Assembly (NCBI GenBank): GCA_034676785.1
Contig: JAXDDP010000157.1
Span: 25,920 to 89,919 of the forward strand
Reading direction: 5' to 3'
Origin: Anaerolineae bacterium
Lineage (GTDB): Bacteria > Chloroflexota > Anaerolineae > B4-G1 > SLSP01
DNA length: 64,000 nt
The notes beneath the pieces are model-generated. The model was not told the DNA's origin and searched no databases. It was given only the letters and a program-made list of their open reading frames with translations. How positions within the stretch are numbered: the first letter of the stretch is position 1; each line of letters starts with the position of its first letter. Both the position numbers and the translations under genes were made by a program. Of this stretch, positions 19,092-30,150 are shown piece by piece.

Positions 19092-19613
19092 ATGAGCAAG
19101 AACAAGATCAGGCAACGTACACGGCGACGTCAGGGCATCAGCTTACCTACAATGCTCATCGCGGCAGGCCTCCTCGCCTTTGGCCTGCTCGTCTACGAAG
19201 CCGCGCGCCCTCGACCTGGAAGGGCCATAGCCGACATGGGCAACGACCATATCGCCTACCCACAGACGGCGACCTACAACTCAACACCGCCGACGTCGGG
19301 GCCGCACTACGAGTCGCTCGCCCGATGGGGAATTCACAACAGTCCCATTCCCAACGAGCTGCAGGTGCACAACCTCGAGGATGGAGGCGTCATGGTCCAG
19401 TACAACTGCCCTGACGGCTGTCCAGAAGTCATCGCTGAGCTCAGCCGTATCGTTGAGGCATACGACAGGTTCGTGATCCTGGCACCCTATCCGCAGATGG
19501 ATGCCCGCATTGCACTAACAGCCTGGCAGCGGATTGATCTTCTCGATGAGGTAGATGGGCCGCGCATCGTGGAATTCATCGACACCTATATCGGTATCGA
19601 TCACCACCGCTGA
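19092..19613 (+). CDS. DUF3105-like membrane-anchored protein
   Basis: N-terminal TM anchor (LPTMLIAAGLLAFGLLVY). Then SGPHY...WGIH...VHNLEDGGVMVQY...ALTAWQRI, which matches my memory of DUF3105. AGGAG lies upstream. Confidence 0.7.
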   Translation: MSKNKIRQRTRRRQGISLPTMLIAAGLLAFGLLVYEAARPRPGRAIADMGNDHIAYPQTATYNSTPPTSGPHYESLARWGIHNSPIPNELQVHNLEDGGVMVQYNCPDGCPEVIAELSRIVEAYDRFVILAPYPQMDARIALTAWQRIDLLDEVDGPRIVEFIDTYIGIDHHR

Positions 19614-19718
19614 CCGGGCATTATCAGGAGAAGTGTCAGGGAACACATCAGCCCTGTCTTTGGTTGCATTCTGGCGGTTCCCGGATAGACTGGGCCCATA
19701 TCCCGAGGGAATTCGCAT

Positions 19719-19753
19719 GGCGGGGCGCAGTAACGTGCGCCCCGCCTTGCTTG
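19719..19753 (+). terminator. GC-rich hairpin, possible terminator after the DUF3105 gene
   Basis: An 11-bp stem GGCGGGGCGCA/TGCGCCCCGCC with a 6-nt loop is followed by TTGCTTG, which is a weak U-tract. Confidence 0.4.
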
Positions 19754-19762
19754 AGGTAGTCG

Positions 19763-20971
19763 ATGAAGCGACTCTCCCAGCTATTCCGACTTGACGCGTC
19801 GATTTGGTCCACAAGCCTGATCTTCCTGGCCGCATCGTCCTTCATGCAGCGGTTCGGGCAAGGACTCCTTGACGCTGCCACCACCAACTTCTTCGTCGAA
19901 GCCCAGGGGCTCAGTGGTGACCAGGTCCTGTGGCTGGAGGGCATCCGCGAGATCCCTGGCCTGATCCTGATCTTCATCGCCGCTCTGACGATGCGCCTAC
20001 CTCTCTCCTACCGTACGGCCGCGTCACTTGTACTTGCCGGAATCGGCTATGGGCTCTATGCCGCCGTCCATTCCTACACTGGGCTCTTGGTCGTCGCCGT
20101 TCTTGCCAGTCTGGGTCTGCATATGTGGATGCCGCTCAACTCCTCGCTCGCGCTGTCGCTCAGCCCCAAAGGCAAGACCGGTAGCGTGATGGGAACGCTA
20201 AACGGCATCGGCTCCCTGGCCGCGATCGTGGGCATGGGCGCGCTGGCCCTCATTTCGGCAGTCGCCGTGCAGACACCGCTGTCAGCCTACTTCATCGTGG
20301 GTGCGGTCCTGTTCGTGATCGCGGGACTTCTCATCCTCCGCGTACCGCCTTCAGCCGGTGCCACGGACGAGGCGCCTCCCCGTATGTTGCTCAAGGGACG
20401 TTACTGGCTCTACTACGTCCTGACTTTCTTGCAGGGATCGCGCAAGCAGGTGCTCAACACGTTCGGCACGCTGGTGCTTGTGCAGACCTATGGACTGCAA
20501 GTTCAACAGATCAGTCTGATCCTTACGATTAGCAGCGTGATCAACCTGATCGGGTCACCCTATCTGGGTCGTCTGCTCGACCGCTACGGTGAGCGCGTGG
20601 TGCTCACCACGAGTTACGCCCTGCTGGCCTTGGGTTGCATCGGCTTCGCCATCAGCAGCAACATCGCTTTCATCACGGTGTTGTTGCTCATCATCAAGCT
20701 CCTCGTGATCCTCGAGATCGGATTGGACACCTACGTCTATCGCTTCGCGCCGCCTGAAGAGCTGACGCCGACCCTCAGTGCGGGCATCAGCATCAACCAC
20801 GTAACCTCGGTCGCCATGCCCCTATTAGCAGGCGTGCTCTTGCCTGTGATAGGCTATCCGGGGATCTTCCTTGGTACGGCGGGCCTCATCCTGCTGTCGA
20901 TTCCCTTTGCGTTGGGTATGCAAGCGCCACCACAGCCCGCTTCGCAGACGGCAGTGGCGACCGGGGACTAG
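19763..20971 (+). CDS. Major facilitator superfamily transporter
   Basis: 402 aa with about 12 hydrophobic helices in a 6+6 layout and a central cytoplasmic loop (PPSAGATDEAPPRMLLKGRYW). Confidence 0.8.
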   Translation: MKRLSQLFRLDASIWSTSLIFLAASSFMQRFGQGLLDAATTNFFVEAQGLSGDQVLWLEGIREIPGLILIFIAALTMRLPLSYRTAASLVLAGIGYGLYAAVHSYTGLLVVAVLASLGLHMWMPLNSSLALSLSPKGKTGSVMGTLNGIGSLAAIVGMGALALISAVAVQTPLSAYFIVGAVLFVIAGLLILRVPPSAGATDEAPPRMLLKGRYWLYYVLTFLQGSRKQVLNTFGTLVLVQTYGLQVQQISLILTISSVINLIGSPYLGRLLDRYGERVVLTTSYALLALGCIGFAISSNIAFITVLLLIIKLLVILEIGLDTYVYRFAPPEELTPTLSAGISINHVTSVAMPLLAGVLLPVIGYPGIFLGTAGLILLSIPFALGMQAPPQPASQTAVATGD

Positions 20972-20994
20972 ATAGCACAGGTCAGGTCACGACT

Positions 20995-21804
20995 ATGATC
21001 AACGCCAACTACATCGTGGGAAACTACGACATCGCTTTCGTGGTGCTCGACACACTCCGTTACGATGTCGCGCGCGACGCCCTCCGATCTGGTCGGACAC
21101 CCAACCTCGCGGCAGTCCTGCCCAATGGCCAATGGGAGATGCGGCACACGCCGGGCAACTTCACCTACGCTGCGCATCAAGCCTTCTTCGCCGGATACCT
21201 GCCCACGCCAGCCGTGCCCGGCCGTCACCCCCGCCTGTTTGCAGCCCGTTTTCCGGGAAGCGGGACGACAACACCAGAGACGTACGTCTTCGACACACCG
21301 GACATCGTCTCGGGACTGGCGAGAGCAGGATATCACACGCTCTGCATCGGGGGTGTCAACTTCTTTGACAAGCAGAGCCCACTGGGGCAGATCCTTCCCG
21401 GTTACTTCTCCGAAAGCCATTGGAGCCCGGACATGGGCGTAAGCGGCCGGCGATCCGCGGAATTCCAGGTCCGCCTTGCCGCAGACCGTCTCGACGAGAC
21501 GCCACCAGGGCGCCGGATGTTTCTGTTCCTCAACATCTCGGCGATCCATCCCCCTAACCATTTCTTCCTGCCCGGCGCAAAGGAGGACAACCTCCAGACA
21601 CACACCGCCGCGCTGGCCTACGTGGACCAGCACCTGCCCACACTCTTCGCCGCGCTCCGCCGCCGTGGGCCTAGCCTGCTGATTATAAGCTCCGACCACG
21701 GCACGACCTACGGAGAGGATGGCTACACCGGCCACCGGCTGAGCCACCCTATCGTCTGGACGGTGCCCTACGCAGAGCTGATCCTGCCTGGAGCGATGGG
21801 CTAG
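20995..21804 (+). CDS. Alkaline-phosphatase-superfamily (sulfatase-like) metallohydrolase
   Basis: An N-terminal metal-site block VVLDTLRYD and a C-terminal LIISSDHGTTYGEDGYTGH block are typical of sulfatase / phosphoethanolamine-transferase-type enzymes. Its stop overlaps the convergent aminotransferase stop (CTAG). Confidence 0.6.
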   Translation: MINANYIVGNYDIAFVVLDTLRYDVARDALRSGRTPNLAAVLPNGQWEMRHTPGNFTYAAHQAFFAGYLPTPAVPGRHPRLFAARFPGSGTTTPETYVFDTPDIVSGLARAGYHTLCIGGVNFFDKQSPLGQILPGYFSESHWSPDMGVSGRRSAEFQVRLAADRLDETPPGRRMFLFLNISAIHPPNHFFLPGAKEDNLQTHTAALAYVDQHLPTLFAALRRRGPSLLIISSDHGTTYGEDGYTGHRLSHPIVWTVPYAELILPGAMG

Positions 21805-22967
21805 CGCTTCGTCACTTCCTGGAGCCTCGCGACCGCCTCACGGATACGTTCCGTCGGCGCCGTAGCTGAGATCCGAACATAGCCGGCGCCCGAAGGGCCG
21901 AAGAAGCCACCCGGCGCCACAGCGACGCCGGCCTGCTCCAGCCACATCTTCGCCAGATGGTCCGAATCCCTCTTGCTGGCCTCAGGCAGCGGGACCCAGA
22001 GATACAGCGATGCCTTCGGCATCGGAGCGACAATCCCGATCTCGCGCAATCCATCCGCCAGAATCTGCAAGCGCTCGCGGTAGATCGCGTTTCGTGCCTC
22101 GATCCAATCAGGCTCAGTCGCCAGTGCACAGATCGCGGCCTCTTGGAGCGGGTGGAAAAGCCCCGAATCCACGTTTGACTTCACCTGAGCTAGCGCTCCA
22201 ATTGCGTCCCGATTCCCCACCGCCATACCGATGCGCCATCCCGCCATATTGTAGGTTTTGGACAACGAGTTGAACTCCACCGCGACGCCCAGCGCACCAT
22301 CGACCTCCAGAATGCTTGGCGCGACATATCCATCGTACGCGACGTCACAGTAAGGAGCGTCATAGGCGATCAGAATCCCATGGTCACGCCCAAAAGCCAC
22401 CGCCTCCGCCAGAAAACCCATGTCAGCCACGGCCCCAGTGGGATTGTTCGGGTAGTTCAGCCACATCAGCTTAGCCCGCGCAGTGATCGCATCGGGGATG
22501 GCATCGAGGAGCGGCAGAAAATCGTGCTCCGGGAGCAGTGGCAACATCACTACTTCAGCGCCCGCGAGCAGCGCTCCCATCGCATAAGGCGCATAGCCAG
22601 GATCAGGTACCAGAACAACGTCACCTGGATTCAGACATGCCAGGGCCAGATTGACGATGCCCTCCTTCGAGCCAATGAGGGGCAAGACCTCTGCGTCAGA
22701 GTCCAACATGACCCCGAACCGGCGCCCATAGTAGTCGGCCATCGCTCGGCGCAGAGCTTCCAGTCCCCGGTAGCCCCCATAGCCATGATGTCCGGGAAGG
22801 CGCGCAGACTCACAAAGTGACTCAATGACTGCGGGGGGAGGCGCCAGATCGGGATTCCCAATGTCCAGCCTGATCACGTCCACACCACGCCGCTGGACCT
22901 CAGCTACCTTGGCGGACCAGAGTGCAAACGGATAAGGAGGAAGTGTCGCCAGACGTTCAGCCTTCAT
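21801..22967 (-). CDS. Class I/II PLP-dependent aminotransferase (context suggests an aromatic/prephenate aminotransferase)
   Basis: [16 protein letters not shown] contains the PLP-lysine motif. NYPNNPTG is also present. Start chosen at [14 protein letters not shown] (22967). It is the last gene of the aro operon, and its start overlaps the aroQ stop by 11 nt. Confidence 0.88.
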   Translation of the reverse strand: MKAERLATLPPYPFALWSAKVAEVQRRGVDVIRLDIGNPDLAPPPAVIESLCESARLPGHHGYGGYRGLEALRRAMADYYGRRFGVMLDSDAEVLPLIGSKEGIVNLALACLNPGDVVLVPDPGYAPYAMGALLAGAEVVMLPLLPEHDFLPLLDAIPDAITARAKLMWLNYPNNPTGAVADMGFLAEAVAFGRDHGILIAYDAPYCDVAYDGYVAPSILEVDGALGVAVEFNSLSKTYNMAGWRIGMAVGNRDAIGALAQVKSNVDSGLFHPLQEAAICALATEPDWIEARNAIYRERLQILADGLREIGIVAPMPKASLYLWVPLPEASKRDSDHLAKMWLEQAGVAVAPGGFFGPSGAGYVRISATAPTERIREAVARLQEVTKR

Positions 22968-23460
22968 CCGCAGACTCCTCACTGGCAGCCAGGCTGCTCG
23001 CTTCGCCTCCCGTGCGTTCACGAATGACGTCCAGGAGCGCAGTCAGGCCCAACAGATAACTGCGCCAGCCAAACCCGCTGATCTGCCCCACACAAACGGG
23101 AGCAATCAGAGAGGTGTGGCGGAAGGACTCACGCGCGTGCACGTTGGAAAGATGAACCTCAACCGTGGGAAGGCCAACTGCCGCCACCGCATCTCGCAGC
23201 GCCACACTGGTATGCGTGTAGCCAGCGGGATTGATCAGAACGCCGTCGGCCCAATCGATCGCGCCATGTAGCGCGTCGATCAGCGCGCCCTCGCCATTGG
23301 ATTGGACAATCTTTAGCTCAGCACTGCGTTCACACGCCGCGGCCTGAAGTCGCAAATCGATCTCCCCCAACCCCACCGTACCGTAGGTTCCAGGTTCCCG
23401 GCGTCCCAGCAGGTTCAGGTTCGGACCATGGAGAACCAGAATGCGGTAAGGTCTAGCCAT
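22957..23460 (-). CDS. aroQ: 3-dehydroquinate dehydratase, type II
   Basis: [36 protein letters not shown] and [12 protein letters not shown] are type II DHQase signatures. Confidence 0.95.
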   Translation of the reverse strand: MARPYRILVLHGPNLNLLGRREPGTYGTVGLGEIDLRLQAAACERSAELKIVQSNGEGALIDALHGAIDWADGVLINPAGYTHTSVALRDAVAAVGLPTVEVHLSNVHARESFRHTSLIAPVCVGQISGFGWRSYLLGLTALLDVIRERTGGEASSLAASEESADEG

Positions 23461-23496
23461 TCAGCACCCCCTCTACCGGCGTCGACGCCGGTGCTG

Positions 23497-25080
23497 CTAT
23501 GCATGCGCTCCCATGTCCAGAAGCACACCGGTGACCAGCGCCTCCGGAACGTTGTCACAGAGCTCCACCTGACCGATAGCTCTGGGCAATACCCAGCGCA
23601 ACTGCGCTCCCTGGCGCTTCTTATCATGGCGCATTGCCATCCAGATCCCACTGACAGGCCAGGGGGGACACCGAACCGGCAAGCCCATTGCACCCAAAAG
23701 GTCTACTACCTGATCACCAAGGCCTGCGTTCGTGAGTCTCATCCGCTCAGCAATGCGGGCAGACGCCACGATGCCGATCGCCACGGCCTCACCATGGCGC
23801 ATCTGGTAACCGCTCAAGAGCTCCAGAGCATGGCCAACCGTATGACCCAGGTTCAGGACCGCCCGACGGCCGCTCTCCAGCGGATCCTCCTGCACGATGT
23901 TGATCTTGACTTGGATCGACCGAGCCAACAGCTCCGGCGCAATCACGGATCGCTCAGCCAGGGTCATTCCAGCCAGCTCCTCAAATAGATGGCAGTCGCC
24001 GATCAGGCCATGCTTGGCTACCTCGGCAAACCCCGAACGCACCTCTGCCTCCGGCAACGTCCCAAGCACTGCCGTGTCGACAAACACCAGCTCGGGCTGC
24101 TTGAAGGCCCCGACAAGGTTCTTGCCTTGGGGTAGGTCAACCCCGGTCTTGGCACCAACGCTGGCGTCAGTCATCGCGAGCAAGGATGTCGGCACCTGCA
24201 CAAATCGCACGCCCCGCATATAGGTCGCTGCCGCGAATCCCGCAATGTCCCCAGTGACACCCCCACCCAGCGCCAATACGGTATCACGGCGACTGAGATC
24301 CCCGTGCACCAAAGCATCATACAGCGACTGCACCGTCTCTAGCGTCTTGTGGGCCTCGCCATCTGGTAGAACACATGCGAATGGCTGGAAACCTACTGCC
24401 ACAAGAGCTTCATGCACGGCATCACTCCACAGTGGCCCAACGACGTCGTTGGTGACGACCGCCACGCGCGAGCCTTCGGGAATACCGGCAGCGCGCATGG
24501 CTCCGCCGAGATGCACGAGCGTATCGTAGCCAATATGAATGTCGTATGTGCCCGAGGGGTGTGCAACGGGCAGAGTGTGGACGCCAGCAAGTCCCATAAC
24601 CACCTCGACCACATCCTCAAGCGCCCGCTCCGTCGTGTCGATTTGCCAGGGAATCGAGTCATAAGCAGCCCGGCGCACTTCCAATAGACGCGCAATGTCT
24701 TCGCCTGCGTCTCGGGCACTCAAGAGCGGGCGAGCTTCTCCGCCGCGCACCCGGCTGACCAGGGCAGCGGCGCTCGCCTGCAAACAGACCAGCGTCGAAG
24801 ACGCAGCAAAGCTCGCCCGATTGGCCGGGTCGACGAGAGCTCCTCCCCCGGTAGCCACCACGATCCCCTGTTGAGCGCCCAACTCACGGCAAAGTGCAGC
24901 CTCCAGAGCTCGGAAGCTGGCTTCCCCTTCCTCAACAAAGATGCGCGAGACGGATTTCCCGGTCCGTGCCTCGATCTCCTCATCCATATCGACAAAGGGA
25001 CAGCCCAGCCGGAGCGCCACAGCACGTCCGACACTCGTTTTTCCGGTCCCCATGAATCCCGTCAACACCAGGTTGCGCAT
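23497..25080 (-). CDS. aroKB: Bifunctional shikimate kinase / 3-dehydroquinate synthase (AroK-AroB fusion)
   Basis: The N-terminal about 165 aa is shikimate kinase (LTGFMGTGKTSVGRAVA P-loop, GGGA). The remainder is DHQ synthase (GGGVTGDIAGFAAATYMRGV, DASVGAKTGV, LNLGHTVGHALE). Confidence 0.93.
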   Translation of the reverse strand: MRNLVLTGFMGTGKTSVGRAVALRLGCPFVDMDEEIEARTGKSVSRIFVEEGEASFRALEAALCRELGAQQGIVVATGGGALVDPANRASFAASSTLVCLQASAAALVSRVRGGEARPLLSARDAGEDIARLLEVRRAAYDSIPWQIDTTERALEDVVEVVMGLAGVHTLPVAHPSGTYDIHIGYDTLVHLGGAMRAAGIPEGSRVAVVTNDVVGPLWSDAVHEALVAVGFQPFACVLPDGEAHKTLETVQSLYDALVHGDLSRRDTVLALGGGVTGDIAGFAAATYMRGVRFVQVPTSLLAMTDASVGAKTGVDLPQGKNLVGAFKQPELVFVDTAVLGTLPEAEVRSGFAEVAKHGLIGDCHLFEELAGMTLAERSVIAPELLARSIQVKINIVQEDPLESGRRAVLNLGHTVGHALELLSGYQMRHGEAVAIGIVASARIAERMRLTNAGLGDQVVDLLGAMGLPVRCPPWPVSGIWMAMRHDKKRQGAQLRWVLPRAIGQVELCDNVPEALVTGVLLDMGAHA

Positions 25081-25101
25081 GGCTTGGTTCCCTCGGAAGC
25101 G

Positions 25102-26388
25102 CTAAAAGAGCTGGAAGGGGTGAGCCCCCCCGGTTGTCGGCCGCAACGGCATCGCTGGGCGCAGCGACATTGCCTGATGCACAAGCACCGCGTTTAGCAG
25201 CTCGATGGCCATCCGCGACTCCAGGGTAACGCCCGCCCGCACACCGGCACACGGATCGTGACGTCCTTTCTGCAGTTCAAAATCGATCTCGGTGAGGTCC
25301 TTACGCACCGATTCCTGTGACACGAGAATGGACGACGTCGGTTTGAACCCGACCTTGCACACGAGCGGCATGCCTGTCGTGATACCTCCCAAAAGCCCAC
25401 CGTGATGGTTGCTCTGGTAGCCCGTGCTGCGTATCCGATCGTTGTTCTCGCTTCCCCGACGGGCGACAACCGCGATGCCGTCGCCCACCTCACATGACTG
25501 CGCCGCGTTGAGTCCACCGAGTGCCCCCATTAGCCGCACCTTCAGGCTCTGATAGAGGGGAGCACCGGCCAACGGCGGGACGTTGATAGCAACGACCTCG
25601 ACCATAGATCCAAGTGAATCGCCGTCCGCACGAGCTACCTCGATGGCCTCTGCTGCCTGCCTGGCAAAATCCGGGTCAATCGTCGGAATATCCGCACTGA
25701 GGATGTCAGCCTCAAGTGCCAACAAGCGGTCCATGGGCACCGCTTCGGCTTGGGTATGCTCAGTGACAAGAGAGTCGGCCACATCCGCCAGGCTTCGTTT
25801 CGCGCGCAATGGCCCGACCTGCACTACGGATGAAAGGAAGACCGTTCCGAACTGCGCCTCCAGGAAAATCCTGGCGATCGAGCCACCAATCACATCCGAG
25901 ATCGTAGCCCGGTAACTGGAACGGCCGCCGCCTCGGGGATCCGCCGCGCCACGCGACTGATAGTGCTTGACCAGGTCTGCATGGCCGGGACGAACCTCGC
26001 CCCGCGGCCCAACGAACTGCGTGTAGTCTGACGATCGTGGTGCCGATGAGAGTACCAGCGCAGCAATTGGCTCACCCGTTGTCACGCCTGCTTCGTAGGA
26101 GCGTGCTCGAAAGTTGCCCACGTCCGTAGTCGCCGCGACCTCAGGACCGGAGAGCAAGCGATCGAGGTCATCGTCGTACAATCCCGAAAGGAGCAAGACC
26201 TGGTCGCCTTCGCGCCTTGGCGTACCAAGACGGCTCCCGCCAGGCCTGCGCCGGTCCAGGTAACGCTGGACATTGCTCCTATTGATAGGCAATCCTGGCG
26301 GGCAACCAAAGACGATCGTCGTGTAGCCAGGGCCGTGTGACTCACCGGCTCCTGCCACACCGAACAGCGCTCCCCCTAGTATTTCCAT
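25102..26388 (-). CDS. aroC: Chorismate synthase
   Basis: GESHGPG, RRRPGGSRLGTPRRE, GRSSYRAT and GGITTGMP are AroC signatures. Start chosen at MEILGG (26388) rather than the 26469 extension. Confidence 0.94.
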   Translation of the reverse strand: MEILGGALFGVAGAGESHGPGYTTIVFGCPPGLPINRSNVQRYLDRRRPGGSRLGTPRREGDQVLLLSGLYDDDLDRLLSGPEVAATTDVGNFRARSYEAGVTTGEPIAALVLSSAPRSSDYTQFVGPRGEVRPGHADLVKHYQSRGAADPRGGGRSSYRATISDVIGGSIARIFLEAQFGTVFLSSVVQVGPLRAKRSLADVADSLVTEHTQAEAVPMDRLLALEADILSADIPTIDPDFARQAAEAIEVARADGDSLGSMVEVVAINVPPLAGAPLYQSLKVRLMGALGGLNAAQSCEVGDGIAVVARRGSENNDRIRSTGYQSNHHGGLLGGITTGMPLVCKVGFKPTSSILVSQESVRKDLTEIDFELQKGRHDPCAGVRAGVTLESRMAIELLNAVLVHQAMSLRPAMPLRPTTGGAHPFQLF

Positions 26389-26507
26389 TCCATTCCCCTT
26401 CGAGCCGTCACACCCGCTCCTTCCGCCCTCCCGCGTGAAAGTCCCACGTCGATCCGCCCTTCCTGGCAAGCGCGTGTCGACTCATTCGCGGGTTCTTCGC
26501 CCGGCCC

Positions 26508-27794
26508 CTATCCCAGCAGACGCACTAAGTGATACTGCTTCTTCCCCTTCCGGAGCACGACGAACTGCCCACCAAAGGTATCCTCCAGCGACACCGCACG
26601 CGCCGGATCCGCTACTTGGGCATTGTTCAGATACACGCCACCATTGCTCAGGAGTCGTCGCGCTTCACCCTTCGAACGGACCAGCCCCATCTCCTCGAAC
26701 AAGTCGATGATGGAGGCCCCGTCCCCCTCGAGTCGCGCCCGGGGTATCTCGCTCGAGGGCACATCAGCGAAGATGTCGCCAATCTCACCAGCACTCAGTC
26801 CAGCTATCTCCCCGCCAAACAGAACTTGAGAGGCCTGTTCCGCCTTTGCCAGCGCCGTTTCACCGTGCGTCATCCGCGTCACTTCCTGTGCCAGCGCTCG
26901 CTGTGCTTCTCGTCGTTCCGGATGCTCACCCAACTTGGTCTCAAGGTCAGCGATCGCCTCTTGGCCAAGCCACGTGAAGAGCTTCAGAAAACTGACCACA
27001 ACGTCATCGCCCTGGTTCATCCAGAACTGGTAGAATCGGTAGGGTGAGGTCTTCCCAGCATCGAGCCATACGGCACCGCGAACGGTCTTGCCGAGCTTCA
27101 CCCCTTCGGAATCGGTTGCCAGAGGATACACAAGGCCATAGGCGCGCGCGTCACGGGTTCGGCGGATCAGCTCGACACCCGCAGTGATATTGCCCCATTG
27201 GTCGCTACCGCCTGCCTGCAGTGTACAGCCGTAGCGATCGTAGAGCTGCTGGAAGTCGTAGGCCTGCAGAAGCATGTAACTGAACTCGGCGTAGGAGATG
27301 CCCTCCTCGCGCTGCAACCGCGTCTTCACAGAGTCCTTGGAGGTCATGTAATTGACGGTGAAGTGCTTGCCGACATCCCGCAGAAACACCATCATCGGCA
27401 CCTCCAACAGCCAGTCGGCGTTGTTTACCAACTTGGCCGGGTTGCTCCTGACCTCGAAATCAAGAAACCGCGCCAACTGCAGCTTAATGGCCTCGACGTT
27501 GGCGCGTACCTGTTCAATGCTCATCAACTGGCGTTCGTCCGTCTTGCCGCTCGGGTCGCCGATCATACCCGTCCCTCCGCCCGCCAGGGCGATAGGAGTG
27601 TGGCCGAAGCGTTGCATCCGAGCCAGACCCATCAGCGCCAGCAGATTGCCAACCTGAAGGCTATTGGCCGTCGGATCGAAGCCGATGTAGACCGTCACCG
27701 GCGAAGTCGCCAGCGTCTCGGGAAGGCCTTCGGTGAAGTCATAGATAAGCCCACGCCACTTAAACTCATCGAACACGTTCTTCATTGTCATCAT
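26508..27794 (-). CDS. tyrS: Tyrosine--tRNA ligase
   Basis: A class I aaRS HIGH-type block ([15 protein letters not shown]) and KMSKS-type block (KLGKTVRG) are present. The C-terminal S4-like domain reads [13 protein letters not shown]. The gene is embedded between aroE and aroC. Confidence 0.94.
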   Translation of the reverse strand: MMTMKNVFDEFKWRGLIYDFTEGLPETLATSPVTVYIGFDPTANSLQVGNLLALMGLARMQRFGHTPIALAGGGTGMIGDPSGKTDERQLMSIEQVRANVEAIKLQLARFLDFEVRSNPAKLVNNADWLLEVPMMVFLRDVGKHFTVNYMTSKDSVKTRLQREEGISYAEFSYMLLQAYDFQQLYDRYGCTLQAGGSDQWGNITAGVELIRRTRDARAYGLVYPLATDSEGVKLGKTVRGAVWLDAGKTSPYRFYQFWMNQGDDVVVSFLKLFTWLGQEAIADLETKLGEHPERREAQRALAQEVTRMTHGETALAKAEQASQVLFGGEIAGLSAGEIGDIFADVPSSEIPRARLEGDGASIIDLFEEMGLVRSKGEARRLLSNGGVYLNNAQVADPARAVSLEDTFGGQFVVLRKGKKQYHLVRLLG

Positions 27795-27800
27795 TCCTCC

Positions 27801-28808
27801 TTATTGATGCTCCGGGGCCAGATCAGAGAGTGTTCGGTCCACTTCGCCTCTCATCTGTTCCTCAACTTGTCTGCGCATCTGAACCGTAGTGCGGTCAATG
27901 TCAAGCGTCCCGCCCAACCACAGATTCAGCGCTAGCGCGCCCTGGCGCGCCAGCATCCCCAACCCGTCAATCGCTGCAGCGCCGTAGAGCCTTGCCTGGG
28001 CCAGCAACTGGGTCTCCAGCGGATTGTAGACCAGGTCATAGACTGTAAGTCGCTCGGGAAGACACTCACCATCCGGCCAGATAGAAGCCTGTGACTCCGG
28101 CCACATCCCGACTGTAGTCGCATTGACCAGCAGGTCAGCGTTATGTACTGCATCCAGGAGTGTCTGGGGGGTCAGTCTCGCTGCCCGCGCGCGCTCAGCA
28201 GCTACGCCCGACACAGTCAAGTCCGAGATCAGGGACTCTGCTCGCTCCAGACTTCGGTTCAGTACAATAACCGTGCCGATGGTCGTTGTCAATAGCGCGT
28301 AGACGACGGCCCGCGCCGCTCCCCCAGCCCCCACGACCACCGCGCACCGGGCGCTATCAGGCTCAAAACCGCCCGACCGAACGCCACCGGCCCGCAATGA
28401 GCCCAGGAAACCCGCGACGTCAGTGTTGTCTCCATACAGGGTCGACGTTCCGTGCATATCACATTTGACCGTGATCGTATTGACGGCGCCTACTGCAACA
28501 GCCTCTGGCGTCACCTCGTCAAGCAGGGCCATGACAGCGCGCTTGTGCGGCACGGTGACGTTGACGCCGTGGAACCCCAGGGCCGCCATTCCACGAACAG
28601 CGTCCTCGATCGAACCGGGCCTCACCGGTAATGGAACATAGCACCAATCGAGGCCCAGCGCCCGCAGCACGGCGTTGTGCATCGTAGGCGACATGCTATG
28701 GGCAACAGGCCATCCCATCACCCCGACAAGTCGCGTCTGCCCCGTAACCGCGAGATCCACAGCTCCTCGGTCGCTGCGAGCCACCAGACTGCCCTCAGTC
28801 GCATTCAT
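27801..28808 (-). CDS. aroE: Shikimate dehydrogenase
   Basis: GVMGWPVAHSMSPTMHN, GVNVTVPHK, NTD and VVGAGGAARAV (NADP Rossmann fold) are present. Start chosen at the internal Met (28808), overlapping the aroA stop. The 28904 extension is rejected. Confidence 0.9.
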   Translation of the reverse strand: MNATEGSLVARSDRGAVDLAVTGQTRLVGVMGWPVAHSMSPTMHNAVLRALGLDWCYVPLPVRPGSIEDAVRGMAALGFHGVNVTVPHKRAVMALLDEVTPEAVAVGAVNTITVKCDMHGTSTLYGDNTDVAGFLGSLRAGGVRSGGFEPDSARCAVVVGAGGAARAVVYALLTTTIGTVIVLNRSLERAESLISDLTVSGVAAERARAARLTPQTLLDAVHNADLLVNATTVGMWPESQASIWPDGECLPERLTVYDLVYNPLETQLLAQARLYGAAAIDGLGMLARQGALALNLWLGGTLDIDRTTVQMRRQVEEQMRGEVDRTLSDLAPEHQ

Positions 28809-30150
28809 CGATGCTGGCCCCCAAGACGCGCATCGTCCTGACAAATCCTGGAAAGGAATCGGCGATTCGCTCCGCCCCATGCACGATTGTCTCACCCTGT
28901 GCAACCAGGCCGGCGACCACCAAAGCCATGCCGAGCCGGTGATCGCCCTGACTGTCTACCTCTGCCCCGCGCAACATCGTTGGACCCTCGACAAGGAAAC
29001 CATCATCCCTCGGCTCGATGGTCGCACCAAGTTTCCGCAGTTCGCCGACCACCGACGCGATGCGATCCGACTCCTTCACCCGGAGTTCAGCAGCGTCACG
29101 GACAAGGGTCGTTCCCGCTGCCTGGGTCGCCACAACGGCGAGGACTGGGAACTCATCGATCATACGCACGACAACGTCACCGCCCACCATCACGCCCTTC
29201 AGGTCGGATCCACGCACCGTGATGTCCGTCACAGGCTCTCCACCCCGTTCATGTGCCTCCGCAAGCGTAGTGTCCGCCCCCATCCATCGCAACACATCCA
29301 GAAAACCGGTGCGAGTCAGGTTCGTGCCCACATCCGTCACGGTCACCTCTGCGCCTGGCACGCACGTCCCCGCAGCCATCAGGAAGGCTGCAGACGAAAA
29401 ATCCCCGGGAACGGTGCAAACAAGCGGTAGGATACGTGAGACAGCGGACGGGTCTAGCCTGGCGCTCACATCATCGTAGGTCAGGAACCTCTGACCCGCC
29501 TGGCGGGGCTCAACCTGCGCCACCAGCATCCGCTCGGTATGGTCTCGCGCTGGCCCGGGCAAGTGGACGTTGACCACACCCTCCGCATAGAGTCCAGCCA
29601 GGAGAATTGCGCTCTTCACTTGGGCGCTCGCCACCGCAAGATCGTGGGTATGGCCGCGTAAGGAGCCGTGTCCCCGGATACTGAGCGGCCCGTGTCCATC
29701 GGTATCAGAGATGATCGCCCCCATCTGTCGCAAGGGGTCCGTGACTCGCCGCATAGGGCGACGAAGGAGCTGTGGCTCTCCCGTCAGCACGCTATCGAAG
29801 GACTGGCCCGCCAAGACACCTGCTAACAGCCGCATTGTGGTGCCCGAGCGGCCACAGTCGAGGGACTTCTGAGATGGCCTAAGCCCACGTAGTCCCCGCC
29901 CGTGGACCAGCAGGGAAGTCGATGCACCGTCGCTCACTGGTTCGATCGTGACCCCAAGATCACGCAGGCACGTAAGCGTAGCCTGGCAGTCACCCGTTGA
30001 CAGCAGTCCATCGATGCGTGACGTGCCATCCGCCAATGCGGACAGCATCAGAGCACGATGCGATATCGACTTATCACCTGGAACCGAAACCACACCCCGC
30101 AACGTGGTGCCGGAACCATCAGCAAGGCCGCGAACCTGAAGGGAGCTCAT
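28795..30150 (-). CDS. aroA: 3-phosphoshikimate 1-carboxyvinyltransferase (EPSP synthase)
   Basis: VPGDKSISHRALML, GRSGTTMRLL, RVKESDRI and DHRLGMA are classical EPSPS blocks. Confidence 0.95.
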   Translation of the reverse strand: MSSLQVRGLADGSGTTLRGVVSVPGDKSISHRALMLSALADGTSRIDGLLSTGDCQATLTCLRDLGVTIEPVSDGASTSLLVHGRGLRGLRPSQKSLDCGRSGTTMRLLAGVLAGQSFDSVLTGEPQLLRRPMRRVTDPLRQMGAIISDTDGHGPLSIRGHGSLRGHTHDLAVASAQVKSAILLAGLYAEGVVNVHLPGPARDHTERMLVAQVEPRQAGQRFLTYDDVSARLDPSAVSRILPLVCTVPGDFSSAAFLMAAGTCVPGAEVTVTDVGTNLTRTGFLDVLRWMGADTTLAEAHERGGEPVTDITVRGSDLKGVMVGGDVVVRMIDEFPVLAVVATQAAGTTLVRDAAELRVKESDRIASVVGELRKLGATIEPRDDGFLVEGPTMLRGAEVDSQGDHRLGMALVVAGLVAQGETIVHGAERIADSFPGFVRTMRVLGASIDECD

